This document shows positions 10,827-19,490 of a DNA stretch of 64,000 nucleotides, piece after piece. The position numbers and the translations under genes are program-made. The stretch is taken from the NCBI GenBank assembly GCA_963842925.1, contig CAWJIL010000005.1, forward strand, positions 15,002 through 79,001. Direction: 5' to 3'. Position 1 is the stretch's first letter, and the number at the start of each line of letters is the position of its first letter. Below the pieces are notes generated by a model. The model saw only the letters and a program-made list of their open reading frames with translations. It ran no database searches and had not been told where the DNA came from. This stretch comes from an uncultured delta proteobacterium. GTDB lineage: Bacteria > Desulfobacterota > Desulfobacteria > Desulfobacterales > B30-G6.

Positions 10827-11864
10827 ATGTCTCGTCCAATAATCGGTGTAAGCGAAAATATCGTTAAAATTCGAGAAGTCATCAATCACATTGCCGATAC
10901 CGGCCTGAATACGGTTATTTGTGGGGAAAGCGGTGTGGGTAAAGAGGTGATAGCCCAAAGCCTCTATCAAAAATCATCCAGAAACGGAAAACCCTTTATA
11001 AAGGTTAACTGTGCTGCTTTGCCGGATGGGTTGCTGGAAAGCGAGTTGTTTGGATATGAAAAAGGTGCTTTTACCGGCGCTGATCGAAAAACAAGGGGCA
11101 AGTTCGAGCTGGCCAACAAAGGCGTTCTCATGCTTGACGAAATCGGGGACATGTCTCTGTCCCTGCAGGCAAAGTTACTGCATGTCCTCCAGGGTGGTGC
11201 CTTTGCCCCCCTGGGATCTGAAAAAGAGTTCAAGACAGACACCTGGGTCATCGCTGCTACCAATCACGAACTGGAAAAGGAAATTTCCGAAGGTAAATTC
11301 AGGGAAGATCTCTATTATCGGCTCAATATCATTAAAATTTATATCCAGCCATTGCGCGAACGTCCCGAAGACATTCCGCACCTGATCGATTACTATTTAA
11401 AAGAATACTCGCTTCTCTTCAATTCCGACAAAATTATCCAGCCAAGTGATACCGTAATTGATGAACTGACAAGATACCCTTGGCCGGGAAATGTAAGGGA
11501 ACTTCAAAACATCCTCAAACGTATGCTCGTTCTCGGTGATGCTGAAAAGATTCTTGACGAAATGAACAGCAGAAACAGTATGACGGGCACCTCATCAGAT
11601 GGATCAACATCTGATACACAAGGCATGGGTTATAAAGGGATACTTGATTTCAATGGCAAGGATTCACCTGACGAGCCCTCTTTCTCACTTAAAACGATTC
11701 GGAAAACAGCCCTGGACCGGGTTGAGAAGGAGGTTATTTCCCATGTACTGGGAAAAACAGGCTGGAACCGCAGCAAAGCCACCAAGATCCTGAAAATAAG
11801 CTATAAAACGCTGCTGTATAAAATCAGTGATCTGGGGATAACACCACCCGCCAAAGCAGATTAG
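10827..11864 (+). CDS. Sigma54-dependent activator with no N-terminal sensory domain (AAA+ + Fis HTH)
   Basis: Begins at IIGVS; GESGVGKE, ESELFGYEKGAFTGA, LDEIGDM, WPGNVREL, HTH. Confidence 0.92.
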   Translation: MSRPIIGVSENIVKIREVINHIADTGLNTVICGESGVGKEVIAQSLYQKSSRNGKPFIKVNCAALPDGLLESELFGYEKGAFTGADRKTRGKFELANKGVLMLDEIGDMSLSLQAKLLHVLQGGAFAPLGSEKEFKTDTWVIAATNHELEKEISEGKFREDLYYRLNIIKIYIQPLRERPEDIPHLIDYYLKEYSLLFNSDKIIQPSDTVIDELTRYPWPGNVRELQNILKRMLVLGDAEKILDEMNSRNSMTGTSSDGSTSDTQGMGYKGILDFNGKDSPDEPSFSLKTIRKTALDRVEKEVISHVLGKTGWNRSKATKILKISYKTLLYKISDLGITPPAKAD

Positions 11865-12090
11865 CTGATAGCTGATAGGTCATAGATGATAGCGGTTTGG
11901 ATTTTGAAATAAACCTGCAACGCGGTTTTATCTAACGCGATTTCGTTACTACAATAAGACCGACTATAAGCAATGCGCCGATAGTAATCTCCTGTCTCCC
12001 ATCTTCCTATTACCTATGAGCTTTCCGCTATGACCTATCACCTATGAGCTACAGGCTATGAGCTATTTGCTATGAGCTATTTGCTATCAG
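11863..12090. repeat. Inverted heptamer arrays (AGCTGAT/GCTATGA) between convergent genes
   Basis: agctgat-agctgat-aggtcat-agatgat ... gctatga-cctatca-cctatga-gctacag-gctatga-gctattt-gctatga. Confidence 0.75.
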
Positions 12091-12454
12091 CTACAACATA
12101 TTGCTGTACCAGCTCAAAAAGCTCATCAATATAAAACGGTTTGGCCAGAAACGCATCGGCCCCCAATTCTTTGGCAACTTTTTCGTTCTGGTAATGGTGA
12201 GACATGATGATGCAGATTTTTTCGGGGAACGTTTCTTTGATGTTCTTTAAAAGATCAAACCCGTTCATGATGGGGATTTCGGCATCAGATATAATGACAT
12301 GCGCGTTATCAGGCGATTGAATATAATCCCAGGCGTCGCTGCCATTGTCAAATGCCAGAACCTCCCTGTTGACGCAGAATTCCAGCACGTCCACGGCAAA
12401 CTCCCTGACCAGTTTATCTTTATCGACCACGATGATTTTTACATTTTGGATCAT
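12077..12454 (-). CDS. Single-domain response regulator (receiver)
   Basis: IIVVDKD, IISDAEIP, FLAKPF. Confidence 0.85.
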   Translation of the reverse strand: MIQNVKIIVVDKDKLVREFAVDVLEFCVNREVLAFDNGSDAWDYIQSPDNAHVIISDAEIPIMNGFDLLKNIKETFPEKICIIMSHHYQNEKVAKELGADAFLAKPFYIDELFELVQQYVVADSK

Positions 12455-12504
12455 TATAAACTCGCTTCGCGATTTTATTATAGACGGCTTTGTTGCTTTT
12501 TTTC

Positions 12505-12761
12505 ACCACAGAGACACGGAGATCACAGAGAAAATCTTTTTTCTTCGATCGGGAGGTGCCGATCGAAGAAAACCATTCTGCCCTTCGGGCGCTCTCATAA
12601 CCTATTTAATTACAACCGGATTCCAATTTGAAATAATTAACGAAGATAAATGACAATGGTTAATGAGCTTTTGCCACGAAGTGGCAGATCGTTTTTAGCA
12701 TGCTGGCATCTCCCGGCATGCTAAATGTATAAATCCTCTGTGCTCTCCGTGTCTCTGTGGT
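12505..12761. repeat. Four-hairpin TIR element, copy 5 (best preserved)
   Basis: accacagagacacggagatcacagag ... ctctgtgctctccgtgtctctgtggt; hairpins ttttcttcgatcgggaggtgccgatcgaagaaaa, gcccttcgggc, tgccacgaagtggca, tttagcatgctggcatctcccggcatgctaaa. Confidence 0.85.
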
Positions 12762-12826
12762 AAATATTCTTTTTTATCAACCCGATACGAATACCAGAGG
12801 CATCCTGGCATCCAAACATTCATCTC

Positions 12827-13636
12827 TCAATTTCTTTTCAGGTAGCCCAAAACCTGCTTGAGGTTTCCAGGCGACGCTACCAGAAGGTGCTCGGGTATCC
12901 TCCCGCCATCAAGATATTCGTTTAAATGAAAATCACTGCCATCCATCTTGCTGATCTTGCCGCCGGCAGCCTCGATGATCACCCTCGTGGCAGCCAGATC
13001 CTGGTATGACTCATTGGCAATGACTGCAGCGTCTGCCCTACCCTTGGCCACATAGCATATGTGGGCGGCCGTACAACCCAGATCCCGTATTTTACCAGGA
13101 AATTTGCAACTGTAATGCCGATGGAATCTTGAAAAGGTCAACAGCAGGCTTTCGTCATCTACATTTCCCTTGGTATTGACATTGATCTTTTTATCACCCC
13201 AGAACGCGTTCTTGTCTGCCTGGGCATGAAACAAATCCCCTGTTGCCGGCATGTAAAACACACCTAAAATAGGCCAAAAATTATCAAGAAGCGACAACGA
13301 CATGCCCCATATGGGTATACCGGCCTGAAAGTTGTCCACCCCATCGATGGGGTCAAAGATCCATAGGTAACGTTTTTTGCCATGGGAATATCCATTACCG
13401 ATGTGGCTGCTGTTGAAAACCTGATGATCAGGGAATCGATGGTTTAACTGCTTCTGGAATAAAGTCGATAATCTCAGTTCGGCTTCAGTGACAAGGCTTT
13501 GGTCAAAAACGGATTGCGATCTGCCCTTGCCATAATATTTAAGCGCTTCTTTTCCTGCCTCTTCGACCAGCTCCAATGAAAATGCTTTCATCTCCTCTAA
13601 TCCAGCCCTATTTTTATTCACCATATGGACTCCCAT
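12827..13636 (-). CDS. Inositol monophosphatase family protein (atypical)
   Basis: WIFDPIDGVDNF, DLAATRVIIEAAGG; the usual GEE motif is absent. Confidence 0.85.
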   Translation of the reverse strand: MGVHMVNKNRAGLEEMKAFSLELVEEAGKEALKYYGKGRSQSVFDQSLVTEAELRLSTLFQKQLNHRFPDHQVFNSSHIGNGYSHGKKRYLWIFDPIDGVDNFQAGIPIWGMSLSLLDNFWPILGVFYMPATGDLFHAQADKNAFWGDKKINVNTKGNVDDESLLLTFSRFHRHYSCKFPGKIRDLGCTAAHICYVAKGRADAAVIANESYQDLAATRVIIEAAGGKISKMDGSDFHLNEYLDGGRIPEHLLVASPGNLKQVLGYLKRN

Positions 13637-13663
13637 GAGAAATCAATGTTTAACTTTTAGTTT

Positions 13664-13815
13664 TGACGGTTTCGTAAAAAGTCCAACTTCTGCGTTGTGC
13701 TGCATTTCGTAACCATTCAACGTACGATACGTACGCCTCATGTTTACAAAATTTGCATGCCTTGAATTTGAACTTTTTTCGAAACCGTCTAATTCGGATT
13801 TTTTACAAGTTCCTC
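13664..13815 (-). repeat. CAAGGC/AACGC palindromic element (GACGGTTTCGTAAAA subtype)
   Basis: Near-identical to 25684-25833; IR gacggtttcgtaaaaagtccaa / ttgaacttttttcgaaaccgtc. Confidence 0.85.
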
Positions 13816-13832
13816 AGTGTCAATTTCGTAAT

Positions 13833-13979
13833 TAGTGTCCGTCCAGAAATAGGGATTTTCGCGTTCTGACAAGGCGGGCGTCAGATTTAACCCGGAAGAA
13901 TAGCGAGCTATTTTGAGGAGTAAAATCATGGCGCCCAACACCGGCAGGGCGTGAAAAGACCATTTGTGGACGGACACTA
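13833..13979 (+). repeat. CAAGGC/AACGC palindromic element (TAGTGTCCGTCC subtype), TA-flanked
   Basis: tagtgtccgtcca...tggacggacacta; internal caaggc, atagcgagctat, aacaccg. Confidence 0.8.
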
Positions 13980-14126
13980 ATTATCTTAGCGGCAAAGCCG
14001 CGTCAGATAAAATCGTCATACGATTTTATTTTTATAAAGAAATTAACCAGTTTTGTCAAACCTAAGTTGAGCGATTATCGATCCCAAGGAGTTGATATTC
14101 AAAAAATTAAAACACACATCTTAGAT

Positions 14127-14375
14127 CCTCAACTTTCGGGATTCAGAAAACGCGAAATGAATAATCCCCTGGCGCTTTGTGAACTCGCCGCAAGGGCTCC
14201 TAACATCAGCGCTGGCCATAGGGTCAAACAGGCCTATCTATTGAATGACCGTGCTTTCATATTGGATTGTTCATTGTCATGCGCTTATGTAAGGTGCCCT
14301 AATTGGCTCAAACAGCACAAATCGCCATTGGATCACCCATTTCGCTCACTCTGTGGTGAAACCCGAAAGTTGGGT
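14127..14375. repeat. MITE-like long palindrome
   Basis: TIR aactttcgggattca / tgaaacccgaaagtt plus inner complementary arms gcgaaatg..tggcgctttgtg / cacaaatcgcca..cattttcgc. Confidence 0.65.
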
Positions 14376-14380
14376 TAGGT

Positions 14381-14426
14381 CAAAACAAGAAGGGCCCTAA
14401 AAGGTTATAATACCTTCTAGGGCCCA
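14381..14426 (-). terminator. Intrinsic terminator
   Basis: gggccctagaagg-tattataa-ccttttagggccc followed by ttcttgttttg on the minus strand. Confidence 0.75.
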
Positions 14427-14540
14427 TTCAGGGATGCGCTTATTAACATTCGTATGAAGGCCGCTTTTTAACAGGTCAGCAGAGAATTTTCGTTCAGTTC
14501 AGGTTCCGGTGAGCAAGCCCTTTCAATTAAGCGCAAATTC
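14381..14540 (-). ncRNA. Candidate stand-alone small RNA (~150 nt), family unknown
   Basis: TTGACA-16-TAACAC upstream; closing stem UGCGCUUAAUUGA/UUAAUAAGCGCA, inner stem AGGGCUUGCU/AGCGGCCUU, terminator; no ORF with RBS. Confidence 0.5.
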
Positions 14541-14608
14541 TGTGTTACACAATATATGGTATGTGTCAAGAAGAAAAACATCCATATAGGCAAAAAATCG
14601 TGAATGGA

Positions 14609-14788
14609 TTAAGATTTTTTAGTGTACCCGTCTGCGTACCAGCCACCACCTTTTAGAGTAAACGTGCAGGAGGACATGATTTTTTTGGCGTTTTTATGGC
14701 ACTTGGGGCATTTGATTTCTTTGGTACCCATTTTGACAAATTTTTCGGTCACGGTGCCTTCCCGGCATTTGAACTCATACATCGGCAT
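14609..14788 (-). CDS. FmdB-family zinc-ribbon protein
   Basis: MPMYEFKC...CPKC...FTLKGGGWY; TTGACA...TATTAT promoter at ~14823-14850. Confidence 0.85.
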   Translation of the reverse strand: MPMYEFKCREGTVTEKFVKMGTKEIKCPKCHKNAKKIMSSCTFTLKGGGWYADGYTKKS

Positions 14789-14855
14789 TTTCTTCACCCT
14801 CATATGTTAAATTCTTGGTCGTATAATATATATCCGTTTATATTTGTCAATACCC

Positions 14856-15028
14856 TATAAGCTATCTCAAAAAAGTTTTTTGGCCCAATTTCTGTGTTGG
14901 TCCCTTGTTTCAACTCCTCGGAATACTACAGTATGCACCCCAAGGGCCCTTCCTGCGGGGCGCCTGCGGGTTGAAACTCGGTCCCGCCTTAAACTTGAAC
15001 CAAAACCTTTTTTTTGAACTGGCTTATA
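14856..15028 (-). repeat. CAAGGC/AACGC palindromic element (AGCTATCT subtype), TA-flanked
   Basis: ta-taagctatctcaaaaaag...ttttgaactggctta-ta; ctgtgttg and cgcctt motifs; longer relative of 56324-56415. Confidence 0.75.
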
Positions 15029-15097
15029 GTAAAATCGCCGTACGATTTTATTTGGAGCGACATTGTCGCTTTTAATTTCGATTTTCTTTAAAAGCTA

Positions 15098-16030
15098 TCA
15101 TTTTTTTAGCCTGACATCATCGATGTAAATAGTTCTCGCACGCGGTAATCGGACGGCAAAGATACCCACGCCCTGGATTTGCTGCATATCCATCTGGCGA
15201 TTCTCAGGGGCTGTCTTTACATGATGCAAAGGGATTGTAATGGTTTGCCAGCCTTTCAAAATTGAAAACGATCGATTGAATCTGTCCGCATACTTCTGCT
15301 GCCCCTGGGTGTGCTGCCTATCATGAATTCGGCAGGTAATTTTCAGTTCATCATTATCCGGGTTAAAAACGCTGAATTGAAAAAAGCGATACCCTTCCCA
15401 GTCACCCGGAAAATACTTCAACGCCACACCCGAATAGGTATCCGTGTTCATCATCACTTGTAACGATGCCGATCCGATCTTTTTAACCCTGCGGCTGACT
15501 TCAGCTGCTGCTCCACCGGTCCAGCGGTCGATTTCTGATGATATTTCAAAACCGGACAATAAGGGAAACTGTTGTTTAGCCTGTCTCTCATCTATATAGG
15601 CACGCACGGCTGGGACCAATTGCATCAATACCAGAAAACACACCAGCAGCTGCACAACATGGCGCCGTAAATTGGAGAATGACTTCCGGGACGGTAGCAA
15701 GAAGAACAGACCCACCAGGGCACCAATGATGTTTCGGATAACATCACCCATATCTGGGATGCGTGCAACCATGCCGATCTGAAGCATTTCGATAAGTATA
15801 CCCAAAATGAGTGTTATCGCGAGAATGATAATTACTTGATGTTGAAAACTCGAAGGCAAATTTATGGTACTCACAATGAATAAAGTCAGCAGGGCAAAGA
15901 AAATAATATGTCCCATATTCCACAAGTATTTTAACGATCGGGCAGAATCATAACCTGGTCCACTGATAAAAAACAGTAAGAACAGCGATAACAATATCAG
16001 AATGAGGAAAATGCGCTTGATTGGATTCAT
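15098..16030 (-). CDS. VanZ-like membrane protein with C-terminal carbohydrate-binding-like domain
   Basis: GHIIFFA..IEMLQ..RIPDMGDVIRNIIG (VanZ-like); GWQTITIPL..IYIDDVRL (galactose-binding-like). Confidence 0.75.
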   Translation of the reverse strand: MNPIKRIFLILILLSLFLLFFISGPGYDSARSLKYLWNMGHIIFFALLTLFIVSTINLPSSFQHQVIIILAITLILGILIEMLQIGMVARIPDMGDVIRNIIGALVGLFFLLPSRKSFSNLRRHVVQLLVCFLVLMQLVPAVRAYIDERQAKQQFPLLSGFEISSEIDRWTGGAAAEVSRRVKKIGSASLQVMMNTDTYSGVALKYFPGDWEGYRFFQFSVFNPDNDELKITCRIHDRQHTQGQQKYADRFNRSFSILKGWQTITIPLHHVKTAPENRQMDMQQIQGVGIFAVRLPRARTIYIDDVRLKK

Positions 16031-16172
16031 TGGCGTTAATACACGGTCAATTGCACAGAGATTGCATTGTTTTTACAGTTATGATAATTTTTCATTCATA
16101 TAAGAAGTCGGCTAAGGCTTTCTCATCAACGTTTCGATATTCATTGCGCTTGGAAAAGGATCTTGACTTAAA

Positions 16173-18761
16173 ATGAATAAAATCGTTTGGACCCATATAC
16201 TTTTCGCTCTGTTACTTTTTTCTTACCTACTTGGCTGTGGTGGTGGTGGCGGCAGTGACGGTGGATCGACGACTGCACTTACAAACAATGATCTCGATCT
16301 GTTTCTCTACGACGACAGCCGAACATTGATCGATGCCTCTGAAGGCGAAGGATCGACAGAAACGGTGCATGCCTTAGATGCCGGTGAATATTATATTGGT
16401 GTAAAATCCTATTCAGGAGCAAGTAACTATATTTTGTCCATTGGAAAAACAGAACAATCCATCCAAAACAATATCGAGGGAGACTTTGTTCCCGGAGATA
16501 TTATCATCGCTTTTAAAGATGATAGAGCCATCGTATCACAGAAAGACGCCTTTACCAATACGGTCACTGCATTTGGGATGACTCGCATAGGCGGTGCATC
16601 TGGACGTGCACAGCTATATCATTTCGATCGTCAAAATACCAAACACGTCATGGATATGATCGGCATCAACCAATCGGATCATACCCTCCAAGGCACTATC
16701 ATCGCCACGAACAACTCAATTATCGACAGCGATGTCAATGATCCCCTTGCCCCTTATGACTCCAATGACACAATCGAAAACTCCCAACTCATTCCGAACC
16801 CGGTGGTCCTTGGCGGCTACGTCAACACCGCCTTTTCCGGTTATATTGGACGCTCTTATATCAGTGGGGACCCAGAAGATTATTATCGTGTGTCCCTCAC
16901 CGACAATCAGAGCATCAATCTGTTTATTGCCAATGCCTCTTCAAGCTCATCATCAGCTGACAAGCCAACAGAGGAAGCCATGCACATGGACGAGGAGCTT
17001 GCGCAACTAAAACGGGATACCTTACGTATCATCGGAGAACTAAACAAACGCGATGACATTCTGTATGCCGAGCCCAATTATTATCGTAGGGCGTATTTTA
17101 CGCCCAACGACGCCTACTACAACAACCAGTGGCACTACCCTCTGATTAATCTGGAGCAGGCTTGGGAAATTACCCAAGGACAAAACACGGTCATTGTGGC
17201 TGTAATCGACACTGGAATACTTTCCCAACACCCGGACATCCAGGGGCAGTTGGTGACAGATGGATACGACTTTATAAAGAATACGAGCTATTCCCTGGAT
17301 GGGGACGGGTATGATTCCAATCCCGAAGACCCCGGTGACCAGTCACAGGGGAGAAGCTCTTTTCATGGCACGCATGTGGCTGGCACAATTGCTGCGGCCA
17401 CCAACAACGTCACTGGTGTGGCAGGTGTGGCAAGCAACGTTAAAATTATGGCGCTTCGCACTCTTGGCAGAGGCGGCGTCGGCACCTCCTTTGATGTCAA
17501 TCAGGCCATTCTCTATGCGGCGGGTCGGCCTAATGATACCGGTGCATTACCCACACAGAAAGCCGATATTATCAATATGAGTCTTGGCGGTGGAGGCTAT
17601 TCTGCAAACGATCAAGACATTATCGATGCTGCCCGGGCCGAGGGTGTCATCATCATAGCCGCAGCTGGAAATGAAGCCACCAGTTCCCCCAGCTATCCCG
17701 CAGCCTATGATGGGGTTGTTTCTGTGAGTGCCGTGGACGCCAATAAAGATCTGACACCCTATTCCAACTACGGCTCGACCATCGATGTCGCAGCACCCGG
17801 CGGGGACACATCCAAAGACACGGACGGGGACGGTTATCCAGATGGTGTGCTCAGCACCAGTGGAGACGACACTTCGGGAGATAGCATCGATTTTGTATAC
17901 AGCTTTTACCAGGGAACCTCCATGGCATGCCCGCACATGGCCGGTGTTGCCGCCCTGATGAAATCTGTCAAACCTGATCTGAGTCCATCAGATCTCGACA
18001 TATTGCTTTTAAGTGGCAACATTACTGAAGATATCGGCGCCTCAGGACCGGACACTGATTTTGGCAACGGTCTCATCGATGCTTACAAGGCTGTCTCTGA
18101 AGCTCAGGGAGGTAACATTCCCGCACTGCTATTTGTGAGCCCCGGATCGCTAAATTTTGGCAGTGCCACTGAAAATCTGACACTGACCGCCGCGAAAGAG
18201 GGTGACGGTGCCCTATCCCTGCTTTCCGTAACGGACAATGCAGATTGGCTGACAGTAACACCCGATGGTGTCGATGCAGATAATCTTGGCACATATACCG
18301 TCAGTGCTGACCGAACAAACCTTTCGGATGGCCCCTATTACGCCACGATCATCTTCGAATCTGATTCCAATACTGTGGAAGTCGGTGTGACCATGTATCA
18401 AGGTGATATATCCGCCATCGGAAATCTGGGTTTTCACTATATTCTGCTTCTGGATACCTTAGACGATAACACACCAGTGGACCAGCTGGGAGTTTCGCCG
18501 TTGAATGGTCTTTATCCTTACAGCTTTACCAGTGTCGCCGATGGCACCTATAGCATTTATGCCGGTACCGACTCCGATAACGATGGCTATATCGGAGATG
18601 CCGGTGAAGCCATAGGCGCCTATATATCTTTGGATCAACCCGTGGAAATCAATGTCGACAGCAATTTAAGTAATCTAGATTTTACAAGCTCATTCAATGT
18701 CAACCTGCCGAATAGTATGTTCAATAAAGATTTCGGAATAAAACGACTGGGAATGGAATAG
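16173..18761 (+). CDS. S8 (subtilisin-like) serine protease lipoprotein with PPC-like, prodomain and BACON/Ig-like parts
   Basis: Lipobox LLGC; VAVIDTG, HGTHVAGTI, AAAGN, GTSMACPH. Confidence 0.95.
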   Translation: MNKIVWTHILFALLLFSYLLGCGGGGGSDGGSTTALTNNDLDLFLYDDSRTLIDASEGEGSTETVHALDAGEYYIGVKSYSGASNYILSIGKTEQSIQNNIEGDFVPGDIIIAFKDDRAIVSQKDAFTNTVTAFGMTRIGGASGRAQLYHFDRQNTKHVMDMIGINQSDHTLQGTIIATNNSIIDSDVNDPLAPYDSNDTIENSQLIPNPVVLGGYVNTAFSGYIGRSYISGDPEDYYRVSLTDNQSINLFIANASSSSSSADKPTEEAMHMDEELAQLKRDTLRIIGELNKRDDILYAEPNYYRRAYFTPNDAYYNNQWHYPLINLEQAWEITQGQNTVIVAVIDTGILSQHPDIQGQLVTDGYDFIKNTSYSLDGDGYDSNPEDPGDQSQGRSSFHGTHVAGTIAAATNNVTGVAGVASNVKIMALRTLGRGGVGTSFDVNQAILYAAGRPNDTGALPTQKADIINMSLGGGGYSANDQDIIDAARAEGVIIIAAAGNEATSSPSYPAAYDGVVSVSAVDANKDLTPYSNYGSTIDVAAPGGDTSKDTDGDGYPDGVLSTSGDDTSGDSIDFVYSFYQGTSMACPHMAGVAALMKSVKPDLSPSDLDILLLSGNITEDIGASGPDTDFGNGLIDAYKAVSEAQGGNIPALLFVSPGSLNFGSATENLTLTAAKEGDGALSLLSVTDNADWLTVTPDGVDADNLGTYTVSADRTNLSDGPYYATIIFESDSNTVEVGVTMYQGDISAIGNLGFHYILLLDTLDDNTPVDQLGVSPLNGLYPYSFTSVADGTYSIYAGTDSDNDGYIGDAGEAIGAYISLDQPVEINVDSNLSNLDFTSSFNVNLPNSMFNKDFGIKRLGME

Positions 18762-18764
18762 GCG

Positions 18765-19292
18765 ATGCAGAAGAAACAATCTCGATGTATGCGAATATTA
18801 GTGGTCACCCTCTTTGGTTTGATTTCGGGGTGTTGGTTTAACACCCACAACCAAGCCTGTAATGCACTAAATCTTGCAGAACCGATACGCAGCGGTGCTC
18901 ACGGTAGCGCTTCGCAGAAAAGTGCCAATGCCACTTGGATCAGCGACCCTGAAGCCCTGCAACATGTTTTTACCGCTATAGATAGATATCACCTGGGCAA
19001 TAATGACAATGTGGCACCGGATATCGATTGGCGTTGTTACGGTGTGCTGTTTATCGAGATGGGGCAAAAACCAAGCGGTGGATACGCGATTGACTTCACT
19101 CCCTCTCTTTCTCGTGTAGTCGGCAAGCAGGCTCTTATCCATATTTCCTGGAATACTCCTGAGGAAGGTGTTTTATTGACCCAGGCCGTGACAAGCCCTT
19201 TTCTGCTGCTAAAAATTTACCGAGTCGATATCACTACGATCGTTGTGCTAGACCAGGATGAACAACCCCTGTTTGAAATCCCAATAGAATAG
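18765..19292 (+). CDS. PrcB C-terminal-domain (protease complex subunit) lipoprotein
   Basis: ISGC lipobox; GQKPSGGYAI...TQAVTSPF; 3 bp after the protease stop. Confidence 0.75.
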   Translation: MQKKQSRCMRILVVTLFGLISGCWFNTHNQACNALNLAEPIRSGAHGSASQKSANATWISDPEALQHVFTAIDRYHLGNNDNVAPDIDWRCYGVLFIEMGQKPSGGYAIDFTPSLSRVVGKQALIHISWNTPEEGVLLTQAVTSPFLLLKIYRVDITTIVVLDQDEQPLFEIPIE

Positions 19293-19490
19293 TGTTACTT
19301 TTATATGGCTGAGCTGAGTCTTTTTTTGCGAAGAGATGTGCCGAGATCTTGATGAAGAAGATTTCGCAATAAATGTAGGCATGCCAGTGGTTCTGTCGAG
19401 GCTTTTTGCGAACCCTATATCTGCACTATATCGTTGCATCTCGAGACAAAAAGAACTCTGTTCAGGCTATAGTCGATGCGGGGTAATTCC

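Noticed and set aside
14067-14378. 103-aa ORF (also 13789..13977, 28274..28483, 23891..24292, 59421..59639)
   Set aside because: These run through palindromic or low-complexity repeats and show no protein-like motifs.
14381-14540. 6S RNA or a riboswitch
   Set aside because: Shorter than 6S and lacks its symmetric central bubble and usual gene context. No recognisable aptamer consensus and no closely linked downstream gene.
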